A stretch of 64,000 bases of DNA from Ostrea edulis (GCF_947568905.1 NC_079165.1:10044001-10108000), one strand, 5' to 3'. Positions 49,222-61,933 are shown, counted from the stretch's first letter. Numbers and translations: made by a program. The notes: a model not told the origin generated them from the letters alone.

Positions 49222-52200
49222 AAGCTAAAAATGAATGTTGCTGGGTTGTTTTTTTCTCCAGTCAATACGATATTAAGTCGTCTTCGAAGTACAGTCCTTT
49301 GGGCTCGGTGAATATTGTACTACTCAGGCGGCTTAATCATTGTATTGACCTCAAAAACAGCAATATTTGTATAATGTTACATTTTTTTTTATCAATTTGT
49401 TAGTCACTGGTATCTTTTAATTATATTGCAAAAATTACATACATGTAATAAGGGAAAATTTGGTTATAATTCTCATTTTTACAAAGAAATCAGAGAAATG
49501 GAAAGTTGTTTTAAAACAGAGTTTCTCCTATGTTTCAAACATCAGCTTATACCACAGGCATGTGTTTGAGTAACAGGCATTCTGATAAGTTGGGTCTGGA
49601 AATAGTGGGGAGAATGATGTCCTACAGCGGAAAACCGAAAAAGGGGGTCAGTAAAAGTCTTACAAACATACAAATATTTACAGTATTAGCTGACATTATC
49701 TTAATATTTATACTATAAACATTATAAATTTACTAGGAATGGAATAAACATGTTGTTTTTCGGCTGCATTTCCCATAAATAACTTTGATATAAACTAGTG
49801 TAAACATTTTCTTCGTTACGGACGACATTTAATGGCATGTCACTGTAATTTACAATCTCAATCGGTTACTTGGTGATATTTTGAGTTTTATTCCAAATTT
49901 GTTTCAGAGGGGATATTTCCAGCATAATATAACTTCATTTCTAATATTTTTTTTAATTGGGGCATATTTCACGCCTTATCGTAACAACTTCTTCTACAAT
50001 TAAGTCCCTACCGGGGCTCTGTTTTTCCTTTGTTTGCTCTGTTTGCTTTTTAGGCTCCCCCCCCCTTTTTTTTTTGGCCAACAAACATGGTTATTGCAAG
50101 TATTATGAATGTATGAATAAATATTATTTTTGCCAAATCATACCATTAATGTGAATTTTTTTTTTAATTTTACCTTCTGTACGCGACAGCTCATTGTAAC
50201 ATTCATTTTGTTTTGATCGATTATACAGATTAAAACTTACAACACGTGTAGTAGTCTTTCACCATCGACCAAAATATCATTTGCCTCATTATCTTGATAA
50301 TAATTTCATAGACTACTAAATTCATATTCATACACAAAGACCTAGTCAGTTAGATCTCAAACTGATGTAAGAATTTTATCATGTCAGGGAGTAAGACACG
50401 GAGAGACTTAAACATAACATTGAAAGGCAATAACTTTTTTTTTTAAAGTTATGAGCTTTGGCCAGATTTCAAAGCAATCCGGTTTAAAGCTTGATGATGT
50501 TTGTCCGTCCGTGTAAAAAATTGGTTGAATTTCTCTGCAATAGTAAGGGTCATTTACTACATATTTTGCCTGTACTTCATCAGTTAGCAGTTTTAATTTC
50601 CATAAATACCGGGTTTCTGTCATTTAGTTCACACTTGAATGATTTTAGTTAGAAATTTATTGTCTGATTTATTGTCAGGCCGTGTCGATTTTGGCGGTTT
50701 CTGGTAATTTCCATAAAATAATGCCTGACATGAATAACTTTTAACTCTCCTAATTAAAATTTTTGGTGCAACATGTCGGACTATCGGACCGTCGGAATAC
50801 CGGCCCGTCGGACTATCGGGCCGTCGGACTATCAGACCGTCGGAATACTGGGCTTGAACATGTATGTATAAAGTAAAGTCACGGTATACCAATCCAGCTG
50901 AAAAGCAAACTCACTTTTACGCTTTTTTCAGCCTTTCTGAGAGAGAAGTTCTGACAAAATTTAAAAGCTGTACATGCATCATTTACGGAAAACATTCCGG
51001 AAAACATGACCTCGGACAGTCAGCCAGCCAGACGGACGCACGGACAACGCGATGATATAATACATGTACGTCCCGTCTTACGACGGGTGTATAAAAATGC
51101 GGAAGAGAGGCATTGCGCAAGTGTCAGATTTGTAAACAACTTATCCAATATGCCAATTCTATAGAAAAGTCATAATCAAAATTTCATTTGAGTGGCGCAT
51201 TTGCGTAATTATTACTTTCTTACACTTATAATACTTAAAGCCATCCATGACACGATGTAATATTTTAAATCAAAAGAAATGTGTTGTTCCATATTCATAT
51301 AATCTTTGCCTTACCAATCCGATTTTGTTCGGCAATCACCCTTCTTGTGTCCGAGTACATACGACAATTGCATCCAAGTCTTGTTTGATTTGCTAAATTT
51401 TTCATAAATTCTTGGGGATTATGTAAATTATACCGGTAGGTGTTAATTGGTGCATATTGGAGTAGTTGATTGATTTCATACGGATATATGTCACGGTATC
51501 ATACACTGTCCTGCATTTCAGGCGATTTTGGCAATACGAATGTGTAGATAGAAGCATCCATATGTTAAATCGGAAATAGATTTAATCACTTCTAGTTCTC
51601 CAGTAACGGATCCAGAAATTTCTAAACAGGGTGCGCGTTAAAAGTTTGGGGGTCTGGGGACTGCCTTAAAGCTCCTAGTGGGTGCAGGGAGAAGCCAATG
51701 GTGGGGGGATGCCTCCAAAACCTACTACGCTTTGACGAAATAAGACTATATATTCTAACATTTTCTGACATATTTCTATAATAAATGAATTATATTTTTC
51801 CGGCACGCCGGTCTTGGATCCGCCACTGTTCTCTGCACACCAGTAAGATCTAACTATACTCACGTTCACAAAACACACAGAACTTTGGACATTGTACAGC
51901 TGCCCAGGAGGCGTAGTTGAAGCAGATATCTGGTCCATATGTACTGCACTGGTCAACTTTGTCTTCACAGACCTCATAAACTCCTGAAAGATAGCAGATA
52001 ATTACCTGATAGGATATGGAAAAAAAACCTTTCAACACAGATAAACGTTAATGAGGTCATTTGTATTTCGGCACTTACTTTTTATAGTAGAAGTAATTGT
52101 AGTTATCGTTGTTAATGAAGCCGTTTGTTTTGTATACTTACCTGTTGTGGTAAATGAGACTGTGCATGTAGTTGTTGTAGAGGTCATTTGTTTTATATAC

Positions 52201-55200
52201 TTACCTGTAGTGGTAAATGAGACTGTGCTTGTAGTTGTTGTAGAGGTCATTTGTTTTGTATATTTACCTGTTGTGGTAAATGAGACTGTGCATGTAGTTG
52301 TTGTAGAGGTCATTTGTTTTATATACTTACCTGTTGTGGTAAATGAGACTGTGCTTGTAGTTGTTGTAGAGATCATTTGTTTTGTATACTTACCTGTTGT
52401 GGTACATTAGACTGTGCTTGTAGCTGTTGTAGAGGTCATTTGTTTTATATACTTATTTTTGTGGTAAATGAGAAAGTGTATGTGGTTGTTATAGACGCCA
52501 TTTGTAATTTTGTACTTACCTTTTGTGGAACTGTGGTTGTAGTTACTAATAAGACAGTGTGTAGTTTGAATTCTTTCTTTCTGCTACAAGGAACTGTCCT
52601 TGTAAATCCTTGTAATTGTTATTGAGGTCGTTCGTATGTTGTGTTTAATGTTTGTGGTGGTGGGAACTGTGGTTGTGGTTGTTATTGATGTGGTTTGTAT
52701 TTTGTACTTACTCTTTGTGGTAGAGGGAACTGTGATTGTAATTGGTATTGATGTGGTTTGTATTTTGTACTTACTCTTTGTGGTAGAGGGAACTGTGATT
52801 GTAATTGGTATTGATGTGGTTTGTATTTTGTACTTACTCTTTGTGGTAGAGGGAACTGTGGTTGTGGTTATTATTGATGTGGTTTGTATTTTGTACTTAC
52901 TCTTTGTGGTAGAGGGAACTGTGATTGTAATTGGTATTGATGTGGTTTGTATTTTGTACTTACTCTTTGTGGTAGAGGGAACTGTGATTGTAATTGGTAT
53001 TGATGTGGTTTATATTTTGTACTTACTCTTTGTGGTAGAGGGAACTGTGATTGTAATTGGTATTGATGTGGTTTGTATTTTGTACTTACTCTTTGTGGTA
53101 GAGGGAACTGTGATTGTAATTGTTATTGATGTGGTTTGTATTTTGTACTTACTTTTTATGGTAGAAGGAACTGTGGTTGTAATTGGTATTGATGTGGTTT
53201 GTATTTTGCACTTACTTTTTATGGTAGAAGGAACTGTGGTTGTAATTGGTATTGATGTGGTTTGTATTTTGCACTTACTTTTTATGGTAGAAGGAACTGT
53301 GGTTGTAATTGGTATTGATGTGGTTTGTATTTTGTACTTACTCTTTGTGGTAGAGGGAACTGTGATTGTAATTGTTATTGGTGTGGTTTGTGATTTGTAC
53401 TTACTCTTTGTGGTAGAGGGAACTGTGGTTGTGGTTGTTATCGAGGTAGTTGATGTTCGTGAGGTAGATGTGGTGATTCTATCTTTAAGAAACAAGCGTT
53501 TAATAAAATTAAAAAATCATCTCAAATAACAGTAAATCCGTTTATAAAATCGAAGAATGTGGTATAATGTCAAATTAAAGGTGTTTTTTCGTTTTAAATC
53601 CCATTCCAGAATTTATCATTCTTATCGAGACATCACCACTTGTCGGTGAAATATTACAGCATGGCTCTCAGGGCCGTAGAAGAAGGCTTCGTTGTTTGAC
53701 AACGGATGCCGTGACATGGGTCATACTTTCCAGCATTTGGAGGAGTGGTCACTAGCTACATGTATCTCTATATCTCAGGATTGATACGAGTAGGGTTCAA
53801 ACCCATGACCTCCGGGTCACGAAGTGAACGTTCTAACCACTGAGCCAGCAAGAAATGCAATTCATTTGGATTTTATTGCATACATTAGCCATTTTGATTT
53901 CTGCGATATTTAATCATATTCTTTTGAATTGTATATTTTCAATTTATGTAATTTTTGTCTGTAATTGTTCAATTGTACTCTATGATTTTCAATTTGTAAT
54001 CGTCCGTTGAACTGCAATTCGCACTGCATTGAATCATTTCTTTCCAATTTGTATTGCTGTTTGTGTTTTTAGATATTCTTAATCCGTATATTTTATTTGC
54101 TGTTGTGACTTGCTATTTCGTTGTGCATACACATATACATTACATAGATACTAATTACCTGTATGTACTACATTCTTATATATGTTTAATACATCACATA
54201 CCATGACAGAAGATACAGAATCTAGCACAGTTCTCTATAGCCCACTGTCTGTAACCAGTACACACACTGTCTCCATAGGCGGCACAGTTTGATATCTTGT
54301 CAATGCAGGCTCCTTGTTAATGAAAAAATAAAATGAAAAAAAGTTGACAAGTACGTAACAGATGCACTTAAAACAATTTTTATCTTCCCCTTCCCCTAAA
54401 ATGCGATGTGTAATATTTTTCAGTATATCATATTTTAGACGGTAAATGCCTGCTTAAGATATAAACCGATTTGTTTTTCTCTTTGAAATCAGGTAAGATA
54501 TTTGATAGACTTACCTTCTGGTATCAATTGTGGAACAGGTCCTATAGTAGAGATATCATTATTGATTAACATTTAACAGTTGAAGATGCAAAAGTTAAGA
54601 TCACGAACACTGATCTATCTCATAAAGCCTATACAGAATACACAAAATTAAAATAAGGACAAACACGAACCTCTGGGCACACCAGGGCAAGGTGGAATTA
54701 GGTGTCTAGGAGGAGTTTACCAATGGAAACCACCGTGAAACCTACACTGTATATCTTAACCAGGCTAACGGAGTAATCCGTAATATATATATATAACGGC
54801 CTAAGAAGTGATAGGAAATGCATCAGACATCATTCGACATAATGGCAGGTCGTATTTGCAAATCAGAGTATTATAAAGACCATAGCATTTGCGAAATTTT
54901 GACTTCAGACGAGATTGTGGAAGCCCTTGTAGCATCCACTTATTTGTTAGTATCAAATATCACCTAAATTAATGATAAAGGTATAATTTATATACCATGT
55001 GTTGTCGTTATTGTGGTTGTTGTCGGTTTCATTGTGCTAGTTGGCATGGGAGTTGTCGCCCTTGTCGTTGGTACAGTTTTTGTTGTTGGTACATGTGTCG
55101 CTTTTGTTGTCGGGAAAGTTGTTGGTTGTACAGTTGGTGGAGCTGGCGTGTGTACTTTGTTGGTAATAAAATACAAGTTATACACACCAACATATATAAC

Positions 55201-58200
55201 ATCAATGACTTCCCTTCAAACAAGTGTGTGATTAAATGAATAGAGTATTCAAGGAAATTATTTGTTTTACGTGTTCTTACTTTGGCAAAATCCACAATGA
55301 TCTGGGCAATACATCTGAGCCCACGACACAAAATTAGGTTGCAAGCATACGTTCTTGGGATACCGATGGCAGTTTGAGATTTTGTCGATACACAACGTGC
55401 CATTCATGACTAAAATAAGATATAAATAAGGAATCAATACAATTCATTTTCTTTCAGTTTGGGAGTCATTTCATCAACGGTCTAAAATTATTGAATCGTT
55501 TTCAAAAGTTCACAATTTGTTTCCTGTTGGAAAGAAAAGGTTACATATTGTTAGACGGAGTCATTACAAAGCCAAGCACCTCTCTCAGTACACATTCTGT
55601 GGGAAATGCTATCAACTTACATTCTACCTTTTCATCAATGGAAAATACATAAACATCTCAAAATTCTGTCATACCGATAATCTAGACAATTTATGAATAA
55701 TACCAATTGTGCAACGCATGTTTAAGTAAAATCAAAATATGTATCATGCTTTGCCGTTGTATATGATATAATTCAGTTTGAATTGTCCGTAATTTGAAGA
55801 TCTCTTTAGACCTACGAGAAATTATCTTACTTACCTTCGCAATATGTTGCCTGAACAAGATGCTGTATAGATGGTAGATCAGAAAAATTGTCCACCGTGA
55901 ACACGTGTTCATGATCGGTAGCCATATCAATCAGTTCCGATAGAGACACACGGCCAATTCCTATAGCGAAGACTTTTACTCCTTTTCCCTTGAGGTGTTG
56001 TGCTGCTTGGTGTGTCGCAAAGTGATTTGATGAATACCCGTCTGTCAGTACATACACTATGTTTGGGGCATTTGGACGGTCTCCATGTTGCTGTGTGAAG
56101 GTATATTGCTCAGCCATATCCAAAGCGTAAAATGTGTTTGTGCCTCCAGGCTTGTACGGTACCTATTAATGACGACATCCGTATAAACACACTGTTTTTA
56201 AACAATGTTTTTTCATCAATAAGCTATTAAAAGAAGATTGTATTATAAAAATTAAATATGTGTAAATCAGAACAAATATGTTGTCTTCCCTGTAACATAA
56301 ATCGGATTACGTAGGCCGTGTAACCTTTGCTTTTGTTTTCAAACTAAAGCACATTTTTCCAACCAACTTTTCGCAGTAGATTACTTGAAACTATCTTTTT
56401 CTAGATTAATATAATAAATCAGAGAATTAAACTTTTCATCAAAATGCTTATCGTAGTGAATCTCTCATATTTCTTTTATTATGCATATTCCATTTTTGAT
56501 AATAATAGCTGTTAGTTTGTTTTCTTAATGGAAATGGACAATATTCACCAAAATTTGGATGAGAGAAGAACGTTGGCTTAAAATTAACATAGAGTACAAT
56601 CACAGCAAATTAACTTATAAGTAAATGATTAATATCCTCATCATTGTAGGTAAAATATCATAAGCGATGTCTATTTCAACTATAACTATTTCCCCCTGAA
56701 TTTCCATGAATTCTATGAAACATACAGTATAAAGGGGGTAAACACGGACCCCTGGACACACCAGTGGTGGGATCAGGTGCCTAGGAGTAAATATCCTCTG
56801 TTGACCGGTTACGCCCGCCGTAAATGCTATATCTGGATCAGGTAAACGGAGTTATCCGTAATCAAAATCAGTGTGTGATGAACCAGTCTAACAATCGGTA
56901 TGAAACACGTCAGACAGCATTTGATCCAGTGATAGCTTGCATTTGCAAATTAGATCGTTATAACGACTATGCTGACTGGACTGTTAACACCCCCTGTAAT
57001 ATCAACTTCTTTGTCAGCAACCTGCCTTGATTAAAACATTAATCAAACGCAGATCATGCTCTTGCGTATCAAAGCAGTTGAGAAATATAAACACCATATG
57101 CATGTGATGATGAAATCTTGACACACAAGTATGGGAAACTGGTCTATGCTTATCTGTGTCTCGGCTTCAAAACAATATTTTTACCGTTTTATGGTACCAC
57201 TGCTAAACTTCTAAAAAAGAAACCTTAATTCATTAAAAAACAGAATGCAAAGTGCGATAGTGTGGTTTCAATGGGATTCAAATACCAATTCAGATTTATT
57301 AGACGAGAGTCTTTACTTTTGGTACAGAGATTCTGAAATCATTGGTGAACAACTCGTGCTACTGAGCAGAAAGTTGCAATGTATCAGTCCTCAAAATACA
57401 AATGTAAATGACAAAGTGTCGATCGGATTGAGAAAAGTATTTATCGTAAATCGAAATTCAAAACTTAAAATAACTTACTCTAGCTATGGCATTCAGAAGA
57501 CTATACTTGTTGTGGTAAGTATTGAGAGTGAAAAAGCTGTAAGCAATCGTTGAAATTGATGACACAGAAACCTGGGCGTCATATGGTCCGATGTTTAAAA
57601 CACTGACAAATTTCGACACAAATTCCTTCTGCACTTCAAAGTTGGACGCTCCCTCGCTTCTGGAAGAATCCAACAGGAACAGGATGTCGGCAGGTGCCGC
57701 CGCGCATGCTGAAAACGTTTATAATAGATATATACATCGTGGTGATTACACTATATTGACATTTGTTTACCTGAAATCAGTCATAGGTCTTGTGTTATGT
57801 TGTTTTTAAATCAGTTCGTCTTTTCAATACTAGTTGACTTGATCTGTCATGATTATCTTTACATATTGAGGAATTTTATTTTTATGATATCAGAACCCAT
57901 TACTATTACTACTACTATTACAACTATTACTACTACTACTACTATTTCTACTACTACTGGTTCTACTACTATACTATTACAACTATTACTACCACTACTA
58001 CTAATATTACTACTATAATAATTACTTTTGCTACTATTACTACTACTACTACTACTATTTCTACTACTACTACTACTTTTACTACTACAACTAATACTAC
58101 TAGTTTTCTACTACTACTACCTCTGTTACTACCACAATTATATAAATTTACTATAAATGTGTCATCATTAAGATTTTGTTTCTAGGTTACATTTTAAAAA

Positions 58201-58991
58201 ATGAAAGGTGAAAATAACGAACAGTGATCGATATCATAACTCCCACCAGGAATACAACAAGAGGTGGTATCACGTGCCCAAGAAGAGTACACATCCCTTA
58301 TTAACCGGTCACACCCCCGTGAGCCCTATATCAAACGAAACAAACGTAGTCAAAATCAGTGTGCCAAGAACGGCCTAACAATCGGTATGAAACGCAACAG
58401 ACAACATTTGACCCAATGATAGGTTGTATTGGCAAACTAGGTTATCATGGCGGTCATAGAATGTGCGACTTTATATGGTATTGTTGAAAGCCCTGTAACA
58501 TCAATTTGTTTGATAGTATCCAGTCTCTATTCAAAACTGATCAACAGAACAAGCTCTTGCTTATCGAATCAGTCGAGAGATGTAAACACCACATAGAGGT
58601 GATAATGGAATATTAATATTGCTACTTATATACATATGTATGGGAAGTTGACGATGGAGAAGCTGCAATAATCCCGTTTGTCATAAAGTTGAGTTGTTAG
58701 TTTGCCGTTATTATCTACATGTATTTTCAATAAAATATCTATGTACGAAGCAGATGTGGAGGACTCTGTGGTGCTGTTTTTAAATTTCGACTTCACAGGG
58801 ATATATCGACTCGGCATATGAATGTGTTACGTATGTTAACCAAGATATGCATATGTGACCTGAAATTACGCAACAGACCAGAATTGATACTCCATGAAAT
58901 ACTAACCTTGTGATCTACGAGGTAAGGCGTGTATGCTGATGAATAGGGTAATTCCCAGCACACTAAAAGCGATAAAAATGAATCCCCTCAT
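45844..58991 (-). CDS. Secreted VWA + 3x ShKT + mucin-like linker protein, paralog A, ~501-508 aa (longer if downstream donors in the 63-bp array are used)
   Basis: Exons: 58907-58991 (signal peptide MRGFIFIAFSVLGITLFISIHA), 57479-57708 and 55835-56162 (VWA; MIDAS DSSRS...GGTNT...LTDG), 54996-55154 (PT-rich), 54515-54541 (27 nt), 54202-54312 (ShKT1), 53405-53482 (T-rich), 51864-51983 (ShKT2), 46918-47142 (T-rich + ShKT3), 46535-46660 (alternative acceptor 46639), 45844-45881 (TNPAILVIGRR-stop). All GT/AG and phase-compatible. Confidence 0.85.
46195..46540. repeat. Degenerate ~43-bp tandem repeat derived from the exon 10 donor of paralog A
   Basis: tacttac at 46261 and 46304; units resemble ttccaacattaa|gtaagtaattaa of the real junction at 46534. 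Confidence 0.65.
47296..47341. repeat. (TA)n microsatellite
   Basis: Direct inspection. Confidence 0.95.
48428..48545. repeat. GC-rich ccggtattccgacggtccgatagtccgac tandem repeat; inverted counterpart at 50776-50853
   Basis: The reverse complement of 50776-50853 matches 48428-48505 almost base for base. Confidence 0.85.
48615..49230 (-). mobile_element. HINE-like element carrying Cg170/HindIII-like oyster satellite monomers
   Basis: Repeated cccgggggccatgattt...aatctgcacta...aagctttcatgt...gaagattttta at ~160-bp spacing; resembles the oyster Cg170 satellite from memory (not aligned). Confidence 0.6.
51601..51828. mobile_element. Small MITE (CAGTGGCGGATCC-type termini)
   Basis: cagtaacggatcca / tggatccgccactg. 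Confidence 0.6.
52078..53440. repeat. 63-bp tandem array (~21 units, two subfamilies), most units carrying a gtaagt donor on the minus strand
   Basis: Donor G positions at 53404 minus 63n down to 52711, then 52519, 52393, 52330, 52267, 52204, 52141, 52078 (52456 mutated). Confidence 0.95.
53630..53850 (-). mobile_element. tRNA-derived SINE
   Basis: Head gctggctcagtggttagaacg...ggtttgaaccct has Pol III A- and B-box-like motifs, followed by a SINE body similar to other copies. Confidence 0.6.
57898..58135. repeat. (ACT)n-like trinucleotide repeat in intron 1 of paralog A
   Basis: Imperfect tactactact tract. Confidence 0.9.
58200..58810 (-). mobile_element. 3-prime fragment of the Penelope-like element in intron 1 of paralog A
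   Basis: ORF 58626-58817 matches the RT C-terminus (TTESSTSASYIDILL...LTTQLYDKRD...IVNFPY); tail motif tgaaaggtgaaaataacgaac at 58202. Confidence 0.8.
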
Positions 58992-60971
58992 TTTGATCTC
59001 CGACACCTATATTGTTTGTACTGACAATAGAACGACTCAGAGGTGATAAGGACAACAAATTTTTGAGGTCAGGGCTATTATCAAATCTTGGTTTAGATCT
59101 TCAAATAATATCGTACAGTTATTAGTGACATTAGTGAAAAATTACACAACACATGTGTACTTTTACAAATTTCAAACCGAGATGAAACCAGTATTCTGCT
59201 TTGGAAAGGGATTGTAAGTTGTGAATTACTGTGGTGAAAGTGAATATTCTACAGTCATAACGAATTGCAACAAAGCGTGGCAGCTAAAAACTATCCCTGC
59301 ATGTAGATGATTTGATGAGGTTTCCGATCAAGAATACTACTATGTTTTCAAACGAAGTTCCGATTGTAGATTAAATGAGTTTTGCGTCACATTATGTCCA
59401 CCAGGAAAACACCATAATCGTATTCTCGCCCTTAGGGGGGTGATCAAAAGATTTGTGTCGGATAAAAATCTAAATTCTAATAGTTAGGGGGGGGGGGGGG
59501 GGTGAAAACTCCCGTAAGTTTCTGTCATCCGACATCGATTCATCTTTCGTGGAAAAAGAAAACAGGCAGCTTTAAGTGACTGTTAGAAACCACATAATGA
59601 TATTACATTTTAATGAACATTTAATAGTTTTAATGTATATTACAAAAGATATATGTTTGCCCCGCCCCTTAAACCCTAGGGATGAGGGAGTCCTGACAAT
59701 TACAAATTTATGCCCCCCTCCCCCCCCCCTGTTCCAAATATGATTCATACCAAACTTGAAAGAAATGGAATGGTAGTTATCAAGAAGTTACAAAATGTCT
59801 AATGTTAACTCACGACGACCAATTGCAATAATGAATATCCTCTATATATTATTGTCTTCATTTGTCTTTATATTTTTCAACTAACACGAACGAATGTATT
59901 ATGCGCCGTCAGATGTGATATAGTTTGCACCGCATTAATTGATATGAAATTATCCAAAACATACCGTTTACAATTTTCTGTCTTTAGGAAAATCCCCCCC
60001 TTTGTGATCATGCATTTATAAGCAATATAATTAAGTATTGTTTTTTGTTGTTTTTTGTTTGTTAGCGGTGACAGTTTCACATTCAAATCCCGAACCAATA
60101 GTTAACGTGCACGGTAAGTTACATTTCATTGTAGTATCATGTCGTTAATGGCGGAGGTAGACTGAAATACATAAAATGTATTATTTATTGTGTTTTGGGA
60201 ATCCATGTTATGTCATGCATAGAGAGGTAGTTTGTCCGAGAAGCGATCTTCATGCTTCCTCTTTTCTAACATTTACATGTAAATCAATTAAAATCAGGAG
60301 TCATTCATTGTACAGTATCAAAAACACATTTATTAATCGAACGCTTAATCGACTATCAGCATAAGATACTTCTAAACACCAGACGTCTGCAGATGATCGT
60401 GTTTTAGCTTCCTGAGAAGGACAATTATCATAGAGCCAGCAAGGCGAAGTGAATGTTGCAGTTCAAGGATGGCTTTATCATCGTATCGACAAAGAAAATG
60501 ACAATGAGTCTTTTATTAAATGATTAAATAATTTATCAAAACTGGTTATTAGAGGCCAAGCCACCTGATCGGTTATTTCTGTATATAACTACCAGGTAGA
60601 CGCCAGATCTTGTCGAAAGTGATTAGAGAGTCGAGTTTTCATCCAGTCACCAAAAACATAATAATCAATCGAATCCATTTTTGAAATCCCAAATTCTTTT
60701 TGGCCCGATGTTGAAAGAAGCAAATTATATTCATCTCGATATATTGAATAAAAAAACTATAATAATGGAAATGAATCTGAAAAGAATTTACATAAAAATC
60801 AAAACTCTAAAGCATGTTTAAGTGATAAGAAGAAAGGAAATCTGTACAAAACATTGGAAAAAACCCCTCTATATATTTACACAGGCAGACGACAAAATCA
60901 ATGATCTTGCAAAACAATAATCATTCAACAGGTGAAAATAAAAGAAGAATAAGAAAAATATATATCTAAAC

Positions 60972-61488
60972 CTATCTATTGATGATTTTGAAATCAAGAT
61001 TGCAAGTTGCGTTCCATGTCCACCATCTCCCAGTGAAAACAAAAATCGTATTTCCCCTACGTTGGCCTTTGTAACTTTCTGATCTGTAGCTTTAATATTT
61101 GTCATTTTCCCATCAATTGCAGTCAAATACATAAACGCTGCAGGGCTGGACAACCCATTAACTTGCATGAAAGCTTGATAGTTAAACTTCACAGTAAAAA
61201 CGTCTTACATGTGCATTTGGTAAAGTAAAGAAGGAGAACTAGGCTTTTCACCGATTGACCTTTGACTGGCCCCGAAAAGGGACGTAGTTCACCGCGAAGT
61301 TGATTGATCGACACAGGATATCGGAACTAAAAAAATTAAAACTTTTCCGAAAAGAAGCTACGAAATTATGCTTCACTTGGGCGACTCATATATACAAATT
61401 ATAATTAGGTTTAGGTCTCTAACCAAGTCGATGAACTTGGAAATTTAGGTGATCCTGGATAATCTAGATACATTGTTGTATTACCATG
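60972..61488 (-). CDS. Three internal exons of an unidentified protein-coding gene
   Basis: 61424-61488 (65 nt, phase 0-2), 61260-61326 (67 nt, phase 2-0), 60972-61186 (215 nt, phase 0-2) joined by 97- and 73-nt GT-AG introns give one open frame: HGNTTMYLDYPGSPKFPSSSTCSDILCRSINFAVNYVPFRGQSKFNYQAFMQVNGLSSPAAFMYLTAIDGK...GEIRFLFSLGDGGHGTQLAILISKSSIDR. No family recognised; start and end exons not found. Confidence 0.5.
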
Positions 61489-61933
61489 CTAGAATTTTCA
61501 ATGAGTGTAGTACTGTTATGGTGCGGTTGTGACTCCAACAGTTCTTATCAACTTTGTAGAGGCAAACTAAACATGTACCAAATATCAAATGAATATCTGC
61601 AAGCACAACAAAACAAAAGTCCGAAAAACTGATAATTCACACTATTTGTCGAGCGGTAAAAGTAGGTCAAACGATTGTTCAAATTTCTTTCCGTTAAGAA
61701 TACAAGTATTGCCCTGTGCCTTAACACTCCTCTCAGAGAAATATATTATCAGTTCACACGTCAGATAGATTGGTGCACCATGACCTGCTTTAAGGCTTTT
61801 TCTAATCGGAATGTGTATGATATCAATTATGACAGTGCATAGTGTGCTTACAGGTCCAACGGACGTATGTTGTATCGTTCGCGGTACTCTTGTTTAAATT
61901 CCAAGTGATTTGTTACCATGTATGATAATAATA

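Noticed and set aside
52078-53404. Reading each 63-bp unit as an 18-nt microexon plus a 45-nt intron (cacag|18 nt|gtaagt)
   Set aside because: 45-nt introns are very short and the upstream sequence is A/C-rich with no polypyrimidine tract; not excluded without transcripts.
52636-53529. 297-aa Val/Ile-rich plus-strand ORF resembling a multi-pass membrane protein
   Set aside because: Antisense shadow of the 63-bp Thr-coding repeat; no start context or unique sequence.
53785-53850. tRNA-like sequence
   Set aside because: No complete cloverleaf acceptor stem and it continues into a SINE body; treated as a SINE head.
57890-58135. Plus-strand Thr-rich ORF after a possible acceptor (EPITITTT...)
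   Set aside because: Simple (ACT)n repeat on the strand opposite the Thr-rich gene, with no partner exons.
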